Below are positions 11,601 to 19,429 of a stretch of 64,000 nt of DNA, one piece after another. Source of the stretch: Anaerolineae bacterium (GTDB lineage Bacteria > Chloroflexota > Anaerolineae > UBA1429); assembly GCA_963675785.1 (NCBI GenBank), contig OY776562.1:704001-768000 (forward strand), read 5' to 3'. The notes under the pieces are model-generated. The model was given only the letters and a program-made list of their open reading frames with translations, had not been told where the DNA came from and searched no databases. Positions within the stretch are counted from its first letter, which is position 1. Every line of letters starts with the position of its first letter. A program made the translations under genes and the position numbers.

Positions 11601-14600
11601 ATTGTGGTTACTGATACTCTGCCAGCATTGGCGTCTTATGTGGTCGATTCGGCCAGCGATAGCGGCACCTATGATGTAGATGCTCGCCAGCTCAATTGGG
11701 CCGTTGCTCTATTGGCCCCCGGTGGGTCGGTCAACTTGACCTACTCTGCGTTGATGGATGCTTATGTCTCCGAGTTTGCCGAGAGTATTACCAATACGGT
11801 CTCGGCGGCAGACGATGGCGTTCGCGGCGAAGATCCTAATCCTGATGATAACCATGACACCGACATAGACACTATCAATGCTACGGCTGTGGCTGAGGTC
11901 ACCAAAGAGGCCCTCACCGAGAGCCCCGTGGCGCCAGGCGACCCCGTGAGCTACTCGGTTGAGGTGACCAATACCGGCGACCGCGAAGCCGAGATGGTGT
12001 TGGTTGATGCTTTGGATGATGTCGATCTCTCACTGGTGGTGGGCACCGTTGCGACCACCCAGGGAACGGTGGTGCTGGGCAACACGCCTGGCGATACAAC
12101 GGTTCGCGTTGAACTGGGCACGGTAGCGCCTACTGATATCATTACGGTGACCTTTGGCGGCCTTACAGCCGATCCAATCACCAAGGCTGTGGCTCAGGTC
12201 GAGAACCAAAGCACAGTTTCGGGTAATAGTATCACCACGGTTGATTCGGACGATCCCACCACGCCTGCGGCAGATGATCCTACCATAGTGCCGGTGAACG
12301 CTTTGGCCCAGGTGGAAAGCACCAAGGCCGACCTGCTCTTGCTCGACGGCAACTCGGACGGCATCGTCAATCCGGGCGATACGCTACGCTACACGGTCAT
12401 CATCAGCAGTACCGGCAACATGCCGGCGAACGGCGTGATCTTCAGCGACACGCCTGATAGCAACACAGCCCTTGTGGTTGGCAGCGTTACCACGACGCAG
12501 GGTTCGGTGACTATGGGCAACAATGCAGGGAATAGCACAGTTTCTGTTGCGCTGGGGCAACTGCCTGCTGGTTCTACCGCCACCATCACCTTTGATGTGA
12601 TCGTCGATAATCCGCTTCCTGCGGACATCGAGTCCGTGGCCAATCAGGGCCTCGTCTCGGGGGACAACATCACCCCGGTTTCTACCGATGATCCCGACAC
12701 GCCTGATGAGGGCGACGAGACCGTGACGCCTGTGGTAACTACCCATACATTGGTTAGCACCAAGACTGTAGCTCTGTTGACCGACTCGGACAGCGACGCT
12801 CAGGTCTCGCCGGGCGACGTGCTCGAATACACCGTGGTAGTCACCAATACAGGCGATATTGCCGTGACCTCATTGGTCATCAGTGATGTGCTTGATAGCA
12901 ACCTGGCGTTGGTGGTGGGCAGTGTTGCCACGACGCAGGGCACGGTGACCAATGGGAACACCTTGGGGGATACCGATATCGAGGTGACTTTGGGGGAACT
13001 AGCCGGCGGCAATGCTTTTGCTACGGTCACCTTTGCGGCAACGATCGTGAATCCGCTGCCTGAGGGAGTGGACACGGTGACCAACCAGGCTTTGGTGCAA
13101 TCCAACGAGGTCGCTGATGTGCTTACCGACGATCCGACTACGGATATGCCGGATGATCCCAATGTGACGCCTGTAACAGCCGCACCGGAAATCATGGTAA
13201 CAAAGGATGATGGTGTGAGTCTCGACGATACCCTTGTACCCGGTGATGTCTTTACTTATACGCTAACTGTTGAGAACGTGGGTAACCAAGATATTGCCCT
13301 AGTTCTGGACGATGATATAGAAGATACCAACCTGTCTTTGGTGGCTGGCACTGTAACGACTACTCGAGGCACGGTGCTGTTGGGCAACAGTTCAGATGAC
13401 GCAGTGCAGGTCGATTTGGGGACGATGTCGCCGAGCACTGGCATCATCACCGTTACTTTCCAGGTGCAGGTGAATGATCCTATCGTCGGTGGTGTGGATT
13501 CCGTGGCTAACCAGGCCTTGGTGTCTGGTGAGGGTGTTGAGGAATCCTCGAATGATCCCGAAACGCTCGCCGAGGACGACCCAACCGTGACCTATGTCGA
13601 TGCGGCGCCGGCAGTGGATATGCTCAAATCAGCGGCCTTGCTCAATGATGTCGATACTAACGGTGTGGTCTCGCCGGGCGATGTGCTGCGCTATACCCTC
13701 CTTACCGAGAACAGTGGTAACGCCAGCGCCATGAACCTTACGCTGGAGGACACACCGGATGCGAATTCGACGCTGATCACGGGTACCGTGACCGCCACAC
13801 AGGGAACCGTAACCACAGGGAACGGTGCTGGCGATGTGACAGTGGCCGTGAGCGTGCCCGAGTTAATGGGCAGCGAATCCTTTACGGTGACCTATGATGT
13901 GATGGTTAACTATGCCTTTACCGAGGCCATCACGCTAACCAACCAAGCTCTGATCGATTTCGATGAGACCACCGAGCCTATACCCAGCGATGATCCCGGA
14001 ACGCCCGAAGAGGATGATCCCACGTTGGTGCCGGTGGATATCACACCAGCGCTGATGCTTACCAAGACGGATAGCCTTCTTCTCGACGAGAACGAGGATG
14101 CCGCCTTGAACCCCGGCGAGACGCTGGTCTATACCATCGTCCTGACCAACAAAGGTTTTCAACCCGCCTCGGCGGTGGTTTTGACCGACACCATCGATTC
14201 GGGTGCTGTGCTGGTAACAGGTACGGTGACAAGCACGCTGGGTACTGTAGTTGAGGGCAATGGCGCCGAGGATACGGCTGTGCGCGTCGAGTTGGATACA
14301 CTAGAGGCCCAAGCCGTTGTGACGGTGAGCTTTCAGGTGACGCTACCCTTCGATTGGCCGTTGGATGTGACCGAAATCGCCAACCAAACAGTGCTAACTA
14401 GTGCTGAGACAGAGCCGCTTGTTAGCGATGACCCCGAAACCGACGAGGCCGATGATCCAACGGTAACGCCGATAGTGGCCCAGCCGGATGTGTTGGCTTT
14501 CAAAGTAGATGAACTGCTCGATGATGTCGCTCAGGATGGGGCGATCAGCGCGGGTGATGCCCTACGCTACACCATCACACTGAACAATGTGGGCACTGGG

Positions 14601-15257
14601 CCAGCGAGCAGCGTGGTTTTGAGTGATACATTGGATACCAATACCTCACTCATTGCGGGTTCGGTAACGACGACCCAGGGTATGATCAATATTGGCAATG
14701 GCCAGGCTGATACGGCAGTGCAAGTGACTATCGATGAGCTTTTGCCAGGAACAGTGGTTACCGTTACTTATGATGCGCGTATTGCCAGCGAACTTGCGCC
14801 GGGCACGGTGCTGAGCAACCAGGCCGTGATCTCGAGCCCTGATTTTCTCACAAAGTACAGCGATGATCCTGCGGCAGGTGGCGATGAAGATCCGACCGAG
14901 ACGCCGGTGGTGCCACCTACAGCAATCGACTTGCTCTCTTTTGGGATCACAGGGGTGCATGGTAGCCAGGTCGATCTGGCCTGGACGACGGCTACTGAAG
15001 TGGACAACCAGCGTTTTGAGATCTGGCGGGCCGATTCATCTTCGTTCTCCGAGGCCACACAGGTGGGCACGGTGATGGCTCAAGCCGCCGCAGCGAATGG
15101 TGCCAGCTATGCCTGGAGCGATACGGACGTGCCCGATGGTGCCTGGTGGTACTGGCTTGTTGATGTCGATTCTGAGGGTGCCAGCCAGGTACATTATGAT
15201 AGAGTCCGAGTGGCTGTTGTGGGACGCCAGTTTTACCTGCCCTTGTTGTTCAACTAG
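5700..15257 (+). CDS. giant secreted adhesin/fimbrial-like protein, 3185 aa, with DUF11 / isopeptide-forming Ig-like repeats and a C-terminal YLPL tail
   Basis: Signal peptide MPKSRGIRVFARCLLAIILFSLSGMSVMAA; many K..GD/E..Y....N.G......D.LP....N.A domains; very acidic, T/V/D-rich; ends FYLPLLFN. Confidence 0.85.
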   Translation: MPKSRGIRVFARCLLAIILFSLSGMSVMAAGEETPVPLVGLSGSNSALIGESTTFYATFDNTSSDLNAVGYGPFIDIVLPTNGADGVAGTDIADGLSFVSATYETTTLDPIVIVFDELGQAEHPLTGEIISGTPGDELVVFELPFGSFVPDQPSVRIAIRALLSEFADLDTTLYVTSRAGFYLGADPLNNPSTDAPIISAWSDPGFAMSPTIMTIHKDYIGPEDETATGPNWVRQYEIRVNIADGQPVSNIELSDILPPELAYVSLDTVSPADYTLTAEPPLAVPSESPTSTLSLTWEVITGTGSSADITARFSFFVPEYDAYGDPILDPLTGGCTTISNQATASGTWTPIDERDEEVVLSQQSAEHEADFEACALVIQKDVSIVNDLFTSGATPGDTLGYTLHIQASDYYTVGGDVSFVVTDTLSDGQLFAFDSLSGADASYSIGDRDGTATGVFTDGINLDVDTSLNPLYGTSGVCGGGETILTFDLGTALAASLTQPDALLTGGSIGQSGDPSQDPAYPAPCAPAQGTITYRTVIQEQYGCTVPSGDQSIDQNDYLDNDVDIVGGVYTGDPLTLTGTTGDDSAERVDLVDGSISKVVYARNGVIGDTGPFEAGDTITYRIRYNLPTADVEDLSLIDFLPLPTLQVNDWDADNTTGDAATWMFDEVVAIDSVPVSGHASYGPADTFHEMSGGNPSPAPAPVLTADASGNSLTFYYGNHDIDNGISATIDLLFTVTVQDDPFADGMYLTNQLQAIEQNSFLDVVTTTDIVQIQLTGPELNIYKGIVWASNGELSPATAAPVAMDVEACPAFSEAITSAGLETNPIDSDLSGVDGGDTIRFAIVLENTGTGPSGAFDVQLSDALPTGITSADVQNICVTDGAGTPLAYTELGSGLFDLAGGIELTDGAETGAIGPYSEDAGTNIVVVTYDVVVPASAAVDSLYENTASLANYTNVEGGEDYIDKYGVVEETASWETTDPTVSKSLLSTSESQTSGNNAVIGELVTYQVQIDLPEGTTPDAVLVDTLEAGLAFVDVITVTAPVSITTDYAGSWDGVVAGSSLDNVGTGDANVDRQLTLSLGSLVNSDTDDETTESVTVEYRAVVLNTLANVRGVSRENSAVLQWTTGSDTAGAVSVVVVEPQFTISKDMTPSTADAGDQVVITLTIANPSASSQVDAYDVSLEDMLSTGLTFVGFGAQTGLTPDSLTETDGQIDATWSVFPLNQTATVVFTATMDADVSAGQIIQNGATVEWASKADASTAGANPLGVRRTGDTSDAGALANDYLTTAADTTSVPVAIAKTLISTSESETTGTYVAVGEIARYRLVATIPEGETASLVIQDRIPTGLGYLDDGTATAAIISDDAMTSTLAGSLELTSIYTTGSSVVTPVVVLPDTMASSSLSDTAADTYSSGSDVYFHFGTVTNDDRDENAEYIVIEFNAQVLNTSTAQEGVSLSNNARIYTGSTVVATSGSVAVRVAEPVLTVNKQIITAAPYDAADELVYEVVVTNSSTAGNGRIAHEVVISDTIDADTTLVSAVMSNGNPVSDMGAYVQSSVDSLAPGESVTLTVTVDISDAVAPATAVADTATASWTSLPASGTTSNPTGSVVLGSQGAANGERDGSGGVNDHITNDSVSVSVDNVAPTKVLLGTSEDDTSGTNVAIGELATFEIEVVIPEGATSVMTITDAIPNGLWVDLSTVQLNFGTSVTAVSSDVSGGGSSGADLVVALTDLVVEANNVADDNLLTITYTAHVVDESGISGITVPTQTVLSNGVSVQVGSSPVVNATPVSLRVVEPRLQIVKEMSPDPIALDDTLVMTVTVRNTGLASAYDLAVSDQVPGTYVENLTLTNVSAGASPSTSVVGDDLLVTLTQDTLVAGAEMSFVVTGTVKAGVPYQTVITNSATVTQATTLPGDDPLERTEPEVSDAENVTVGRPDIVVTKTDNVTIAAPGDTLNYVITVRNAGNVRATGIVVTDTLPALASYVVDSASDSGTYDVDARQLNWAVALLAPGGSVNLTYSALMDAYVSEFAESITNTVSAADDGVRGEDPNPDDNHDTDIDTINATAVAEVTKEALTESPVAPGDPVSYSVEVTNTGDREAEMVLVDALDDVDLSLVVGTVATTQGTVVLGNTPGDTTVRVELGTVAPTDIITVTFGGLTADPITKAVAQVENQSTVSGNSITTVDSDDPTTPAADDPTIVPVNALAQVESTKADLLLLDGNSDGIVNPGDTLRYTVIISSTGNMPANGVIFSDTPDSNTALVVGSVTTTQGSVTMGNNAGNSTVSVALGQLPAGSTATITFDVIVDNPLPADIESVANQGLVSGDNITPVSTDDPDTPDEGDETVTPVVTTHTLVSTKTVALLTDSDSDAQVSPGDVLEYTVVVTNTGDIAVTSLVISDVLDSNLALVVGSVATTQGTVTNGNTLGDTDIEVTLGELAGGNAFATVTFAATIVNPLPEGVDTVTNQALVQSNEVADVLTDDPTTDMPDDPNVTPVTAAPEIMVTKDDGVSLDDTLVPGDVFTYTLTVENVGNQDIALVLDDDIEDTNLSLVAGTVTTTRGTVLLGNSSDDAVQVDLGTMSPSTGIITVTFQVQVNDPIVGGVDSVANQALVSGEGVEESSNDPETLAEDDPTVTYVDAAPAVDMLKSAALLNDVDTNGVVSPGDVLRYTLLTENSGNASAMNLTLEDTPDANSTLITGTVTATQGTVTTGNGAGDVTVAVSVPELMGSESFTVTYDVMVNYAFTEAITLTNQALIDFDETTEPIPSDDPGTPEEDDPTLVPVDITPALMLTKTDSLLLDENEDAALNPGETLVYTIVLTNKGFQPASAVVLTDTIDSGAVLVTGTVTSTLGTVVEGNGAEDTAVRVELDTLEAQAVVTVSFQVTLPFDWPLDVTEIANQTVLTSAETEPLVSDDPETDEADDPTVTPIVAQPDVLAFKVDELLDDVAQDGAISAGDALRYTITLNNVGTGPASSVVLSDTLDTNTSLIAGSVTTTQGMINIGNGQADTAVQVTIDELLPGTVVTVTYDARIASELAPGTVLSNQAVISSPDFLTKYSDDPAAGGDEDPTETPVVPPTAIDLLSFGITGVHGSQVDLAWTTATEVDNQRFEIWRADSSSFSEATQVGTVMAQAAAANGASYAWSDTDVPDGAWWYWLVDVDSEGASQVHYDRVRVAVVGRQFYLPLLFN
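11890..14912 (+). repeat. seven tandem ~144-aa intragenic repeats (DUF11-like, DxDxDG and SDDPxTP loops)
   Basis: Recurrent PGD/E.L.YT, V.G(S/T)VTTTQGTV..GN, NQ(A/G/T)LV, SDDP.TP..DDPTV.PV at about 430-bp period; boundaries approximate. Confidence 0.85.
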
Positions 15258-15287
15258 TACGCAGCTCATCATAGAAGGAAGCAAACC

Positions 15288-15914
15288 ATGAAGCGTATGA
15301 TTCTGATACTGTCGATACTAGTAGGGATGCTCATTGCGGCACAGCCGGTAGCAGCTGGCTTTACGCCGACGCCCGTTGCTCCCACTGTGGCGCCAACGGT
15401 TACACCAATCCCCACTGGCGTCGTTTCCGATTCTTCCGAGAATTGCGCGGCGCAACTGGTGGTTGAGTTGCTTGGCGATGTTCCTGAGGGTCTGGTGGTT
15501 TCGGGCTGGCTGGGTAGCGACAGCAGCAATCAGTCCGAACCGACTGGCTCTATGGCTTTTGAGAGGCCCTGGTTGGGGCAGATTTTGGGTATCCCCATCT
15601 CACCCAAAACAACCTACCAAGTTTGGGGTTGGACAGAACAGGGTGGGTGGATATACTTTTTCGAGGTGACTGCTGGTGGTTGTGTGGATGTGTTGGGGCA
15701 GCACGCGTTCTACACTGCTACGTCAACGGCCACGCCCGTTCTTGCGCCAACGCCAGCCGAATTGCCCGAGACAGGTGGTATGGCACCATCTATCCCCTGG
15801 GGGCAAATTGCTTTGGCTGTGACGGGTGTAGGTGTGCTCTGGCAGGGTATTGCTTCTGGTACGCTCCTACCCAACCGGCGCTCCAAGCGCTCAGAACGTT
15901 ATCGCGATCAATAA
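15288..15914 (+). CDS. LPXTG-anchored (LPETG) small surface protein with Pro/Thr-rich linkers
   Basis: Signal peptide; PT-rich segments; LPETG followed by a hydrophobic helix and the basic tail RRSKRSERYR. Confidence 0.8.
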   Translation: MKRMILILSILVGMLIAAQPVAAGFTPTPVAPTVAPTVTPIPTGVVSDSSENCAAQLVVELLGDVPEGLVVSGWLGSDSSNQSEPTGSMAFERPWLGQILGIPISPKTTYQVWGWTEQGGWIYFFEVTAGGCVDVLGQHAFYTATSTATPVLAPTPAELPETGGMAPSIPWGQIALAVTGVGVLWQGIASGTLLPNRRSKRSERYRDQ

Positions 15915-16009
15915 CGCGGGATTGCAGAGAGGCTCTCTGTGCTCTCTGTTTCTAGTGTATGGCCAGGGGGGACAGCAATTCTCGCGGATTGCCATGGCCT
16001 GCACAATTG

Positions 16010-16043
16010 GGCGAGCCGTCGGATTGTCTGACGGCTCGCCTTT
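16010..16043 (+). terminator. GC-rich hairpin with a short T run just upstream of the C25 peptidase RBS
   Basis: GGCGAGCCGTC(GGA)-TTG-(TCT)GACGGCTCGCC-TTT; GGAG RBS at 16051. Confidence 0.45.
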
Positions 16044-16059
16044 GCTATAGGGAGATACG

Positions 16060-18783
16060 TTGAAAAGACTTGTAGTCATCCTCTTGTTGATGCTTGTCAA
16101 CGGGAGTGCCCTGGTGAGTGCTGCTGTGCCTGTCGCACAGCCAGCTTCAGCGGGACGCACGGTAATCGTATACCAGGATGGCCTGACGGTCTCTTGGAGC
16201 ACCCCCGATCTTGCCATTGCTGCCGAAGAAGATAGCATAGTAAGCGTCCATGCTGGCGAATGGGCAGTGGATACCGTTGAGAATAGCAGTGTATCCTTGC
16301 CCTACGATGCCCTCCTTATCGCCCTTCCTCCCAATATAGAGCCTCAATTGACGATAATCTATCCCGATGCGCAGTATGTTACTTCCCTAGCGCTCTCTGC
16401 ATCAACTGACACGAGTTCCCCCGTTACTTTTGTCGAATTAGGCACCTCGGCGGGCGTGCGGCTGGCTTCGCTGCGCTTTGATTGTGCCACTGTACAAGAG
16501 GGAGAACTATTCTACTGGCCCTCGGCCTCGGTGGAGATATCCTGGAATACTGCTGTGGTGGATGAAGGGCAGCCTGCGCCTGCCTGGGTGGCCGATTCGG
16601 TGGTAAATCCCCAACATGCGCTTGTTGCGCGTGAGGCCAATATCATTCAAACGGCCATGCCCAGTGTTGAGGGCGATCTCTATGCCCAGGTGGACGAGGC
16701 CGGCTTGTACAGCCTGGATGCAGCCCTTTTGGTTGCGCAAGGTTGGGAGAGCGTCGATCTGCGTCAGGTCTGTGTTTTCCATGGCGACGAGCAGGTGGCG
16801 ACCCTCATCGAGGACGATGGCGATATCATGCTGGAGAGCGGTGAACGTATCCTCTTTTATGCCGAACCCGAACACAATCGCTATGCACTGGATGACGCCT
16901 ATCGCATCACGCTGGATGCCAGCGCCTTGGCAATGGACACACGCTCCGCCTCATTGGGCACACTGCCAGAGGCATCATTACGGCGTAGCGTGCTCTTGGA
17001 GCAGGATTTACTCTATACCCCGGACTGCCTGTGCGGCAGCTTGCCCGCTGGCCATGATGGTGATATGTGGGCCTGGGCCTATTTGCGCGTGCCCGATGCG
17101 ACCGCTTTCGAGACATCGGTCGATCTCGATGATGTGGCTGTAAATGCCTCCGGTGTCGTGACGGCCTGGTTCATCGGTGGCACCTCGGTGCTCGATTACC
17201 CTGATCATATGGTGGAATTGTGGATCAATGGCGTGCGCGTAGGGCAGGGTAGCTTTGATGGCAAGACTCTCTACGCACTGGAAGTAGACATCCCCTCTGG
17301 CGTATTGGTACAGGGTGAGAACACCTTGCGCGTGGTGCTGCCCGGGAGTGGTGCTTCGGTTGAGGCTTGCTGGCTGGACGCCATCCAGCTCTCTTACAGT
17401 TGCGATGCTTTCTCTGTTGGTGGACAGCTCATCGTCGAGGGGGAAGAGTCAGTCTCTACCTATCAGGTAATCCTTGGTTCCGGCGATCTTTTATTTGACA
17501 TAACAGATGTATTCACGCCTGTTCAATTGGATACAGGCGCATCTTCAGGAAGCGTGTACTTGACCGATACAACCGGCGGGCAGCGTTATCTGTTGGTGGA
17601 TGAGGATGCGTTTCTTACGCCTGTGCTACGTCAAGCGCAGCAGGTGGAGGATGAATCGGGGAACTGCCTCATCATCACTCAGGCAGAGCTAATGCCCGCT
17701 GCACAGCGTTTGGCGGCTTGGCGAACTGCACAAGGCTATGGGGTGGTGCTAGTCAACGTGCAGGCTATCTATGATACCTTTGGCAGCGGTGTTGCCGAGC
17801 CAGAGGCCATCCGCGCTTATTTGCAGTATGCCTATGAAGAATGGCCTGCTGACATAGCTGGCGTCACACTGTTTGGTGGGGGCACCAGTGATCCCCGCCA
17901 GAACGTGACGGACATTGAGACTTTTATCCCAATCTATCTAGCAGATGTCGACCCCTGGGCTGGCGAGACCGCGGCGGATAACCGTTATGCTTGTGTGGAT
18001 GGTGCTGACAGTCTTCCTGATCTGGCTTTGGGGCGCCTGCCGGCCTGGTCGTTGGCTGAGGCGCAGACAATGGTGGATACGCTCGTCGCTTACGAGAGTG
18101 ATGGAGACCGTCAGCCATGGCATGGTTCGGCCGTGCTGGTTTCCGATGATCAAGATACAGCCGGAGACTTTGAGGCTATCTCTGAACAGTCGGCGGCGCA
18201 GCTGCCACAGGGAACTGTGGCGCAAACACTTGTGCTAGAGGGGGCCAGTGCCTCATATTCTGATGGCACTGAGGCGGATGCGGCCTCTATTCGGCAAGCG
18301 CTGGTTGCGGCCTGGCAGCAGGGGATTGCCTTTGTGCAATTTTCCGGGCACTCTTCCTGGCAACAGTGGGCTATCGAATCGGTGCTGCACCTGGATAATT
18401 TGCCCTGGCCTAATACTATTGGTCAGGTGCCCGTAGTGTTGGAGCTCACTTGCTTTACGGGGGCGTTTCAGCGCCCCGAAGCCACGCTGGATCGAACCCT
18501 GGTCTCCAGCGGGAAAGCCATAGCGGTTTTTGGCCCTTCGGGTTTAGGCATCAACACCGGTCATGACCAACTGGCGCAGGGTTTTGTGGCGGCTCTGTAC
18601 GACCAAGAGCAGATGTTGACGCTGGGCCAGATAGCCAATGCCGCCCGGTTGCAATTGGCTGCTTCCGGACGGCATCTAGAGTTATTGGATACCTATACTT
18701 TACTAGGTGATCCGCTGGTGGTTCCCCATACAGGTGCGGGTAGTCTACCCTATGCTTGTTACCTTCCTCTGAATTTGCGCTAG
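16060..18783 (+). CDS. C25 family cysteine peptidase (gingipain/PorU-like), secreted, with a C-terminal YLPL tail
   Basis: Signal peptide; IYDTFG..AIRAYL..A, DNRYA....PDLALGRLPA, FSGHSS (His), LTCFTG (Cys), YTLLGDP; ends CYLPLNLR. Confidence 0.85.
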   Translation: MKRLVVILLLMLVNGSALVSAAVPVAQPASAGRTVIVYQDGLTVSWSTPDLAIAAEEDSIVSVHAGEWAVDTVENSSVSLPYDALLIALPPNIEPQLTIIYPDAQYVTSLALSASTDTSSPVTFVELGTSAGVRLASLRFDCATVQEGELFYWPSASVEISWNTAVVDEGQPAPAWVADSVVNPQHALVAREANIIQTAMPSVEGDLYAQVDEAGLYSLDAALLVAQGWESVDLRQVCVFHGDEQVATLIEDDGDIMLESGERILFYAEPEHNRYALDDAYRITLDASALAMDTRSASLGTLPEASLRRSVLLEQDLLYTPDCLCGSLPAGHDGDMWAWAYLRVPDATAFETSVDLDDVAVNASGVVTAWFIGGTSVLDYPDHMVELWINGVRVGQGSFDGKTLYALEVDIPSGVLVQGENTLRVVLPGSGASVEACWLDAIQLSYSCDAFSVGGQLIVEGEESVSTYQVILGSGDLLFDITDVFTPVQLDTGASSGSVYLTDTTGGQRYLLVDEDAFLTPVLRQAQQVEDESGNCLIITQAELMPAAQRLAAWRTAQGYGVVLVNVQAIYDTFGSGVAEPEAIRAYLQYAYEEWPADIAGVTLFGGGTSDPRQNVTDIETFIPIYLADVDPWAGETAADNRYACVDGADSLPDLALGRLPAWSLAEAQTMVDTLVAYESDGDRQPWHGSAVLVSDDQDTAGDFEAISEQSAAQLPQGTVAQTLVLEGASASYSDGTEADAASIRQALVAAWQQGIAFVQFSGHSSWQQWAIESVLHLDNLPWPNTIGQVPVVLELTCFTGAFQRPEATLDRTLVSSGKAIAVFGPSGLGINTGHDQLAQGFVAALYDQEQMLTLGQIANAARLQLAASGRHLELLDTYTLLGDPLVVPHTGAGSLPYACYLPLNLR

Positions 18784-18787
18784 TCCA

Positions 18788-19417
18788 TTACTCCATAGCC
18801 AAGAGCACAGCGCTGGTTGCTGCAATACCGCAAGCAGTTCCCCCGATCAGCTCGCTCTTTGTATGGCGCCCCATGCGCAGCCGTGCCCAATATACGGCAG
18901 GCAATAGAATCAGCGTTCCCCAGGCGGCGTTCCCCACCAAGTAGGCCAATAGCAGCACTGGCCCGACTGTGCCGGCCGCGTGGGCTGAGGCCTTAAAGTG
19001 GAGCAGCACATTCACGGCCATGATCAGCGCGACGTTCACGCAATAGGTGATGAACACCATTTTGATGAATGACGGGGCATCGGCCGCGTAACTGGTTATC
19101 AATCCGCCAAACCAGCCGATTGTCGCCATGATAAAGGCCATACCCCGCTCTGCATGGCGTCCCTGCTTTTTGAGCGCAGGCACCAACCAGGCAATAGGGT
19201 AGGCCAGCAACGGAAACGCGGTAAGGCACAGCAGGGTGAAAAGATACCACAACCAGGGATGGTCGATCGTGCTGCCTCGTTCAGCGAATACCCAGGTAAA
19301 TGAGAGCAATGCCAGTGTTGGGGCCGTGGTGATGATGCTGATCCCTTTGGCCAGATAATCCAGCCAGGAATCCTTGCGGGCCTTGTCGGCCGCAGGAGAG
19401 GGTTCTGGAGCGTTCAT
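18788..19417 (-). CDS. PAP2-superfamily-like membrane protein
   Basis: About 6 TM helices; KASAHAAG and WARLRMGRHT..ELIGG motifs. Confidence 0.6.
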   Translation of the reverse strand: MNAPEPSPAADKARKDSWLDYLAKGISIITTAPTLALLSFTWVFAERGSTIDHPWLWYLFTLLCLTAFPLLAYPIAWLVPALKKQGRHAERGMAFIMATIGWFGGLITSYAADAPSFIKMVFITYCVNVALIMAVNVLLHFKASAHAAGTVGPVLLLAYLVGNAAWGTLILLPAVYWARLRMGRHTKSELIGGTACGIAATSAVLLAME

Positions 19418-19429
19418 TGTGACTTCTTT

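Noticed and set aside
11890-14912. CRISPR array or DNA-level repeat element
   Set aside because: The repeats are in-frame, ~430 bp and degenerate at synonymous sites, so they are protein-domain repeats. No repeat-spacer pattern was seen anywhere in the window.
5700-18783. Canonical type IX secretion or sortase-pilus operon
   Set aside because: No T9SS components or T9SS-type C-terminal domain, no sortase gene, and the large protein lacks an LPXTG-TM anchor.
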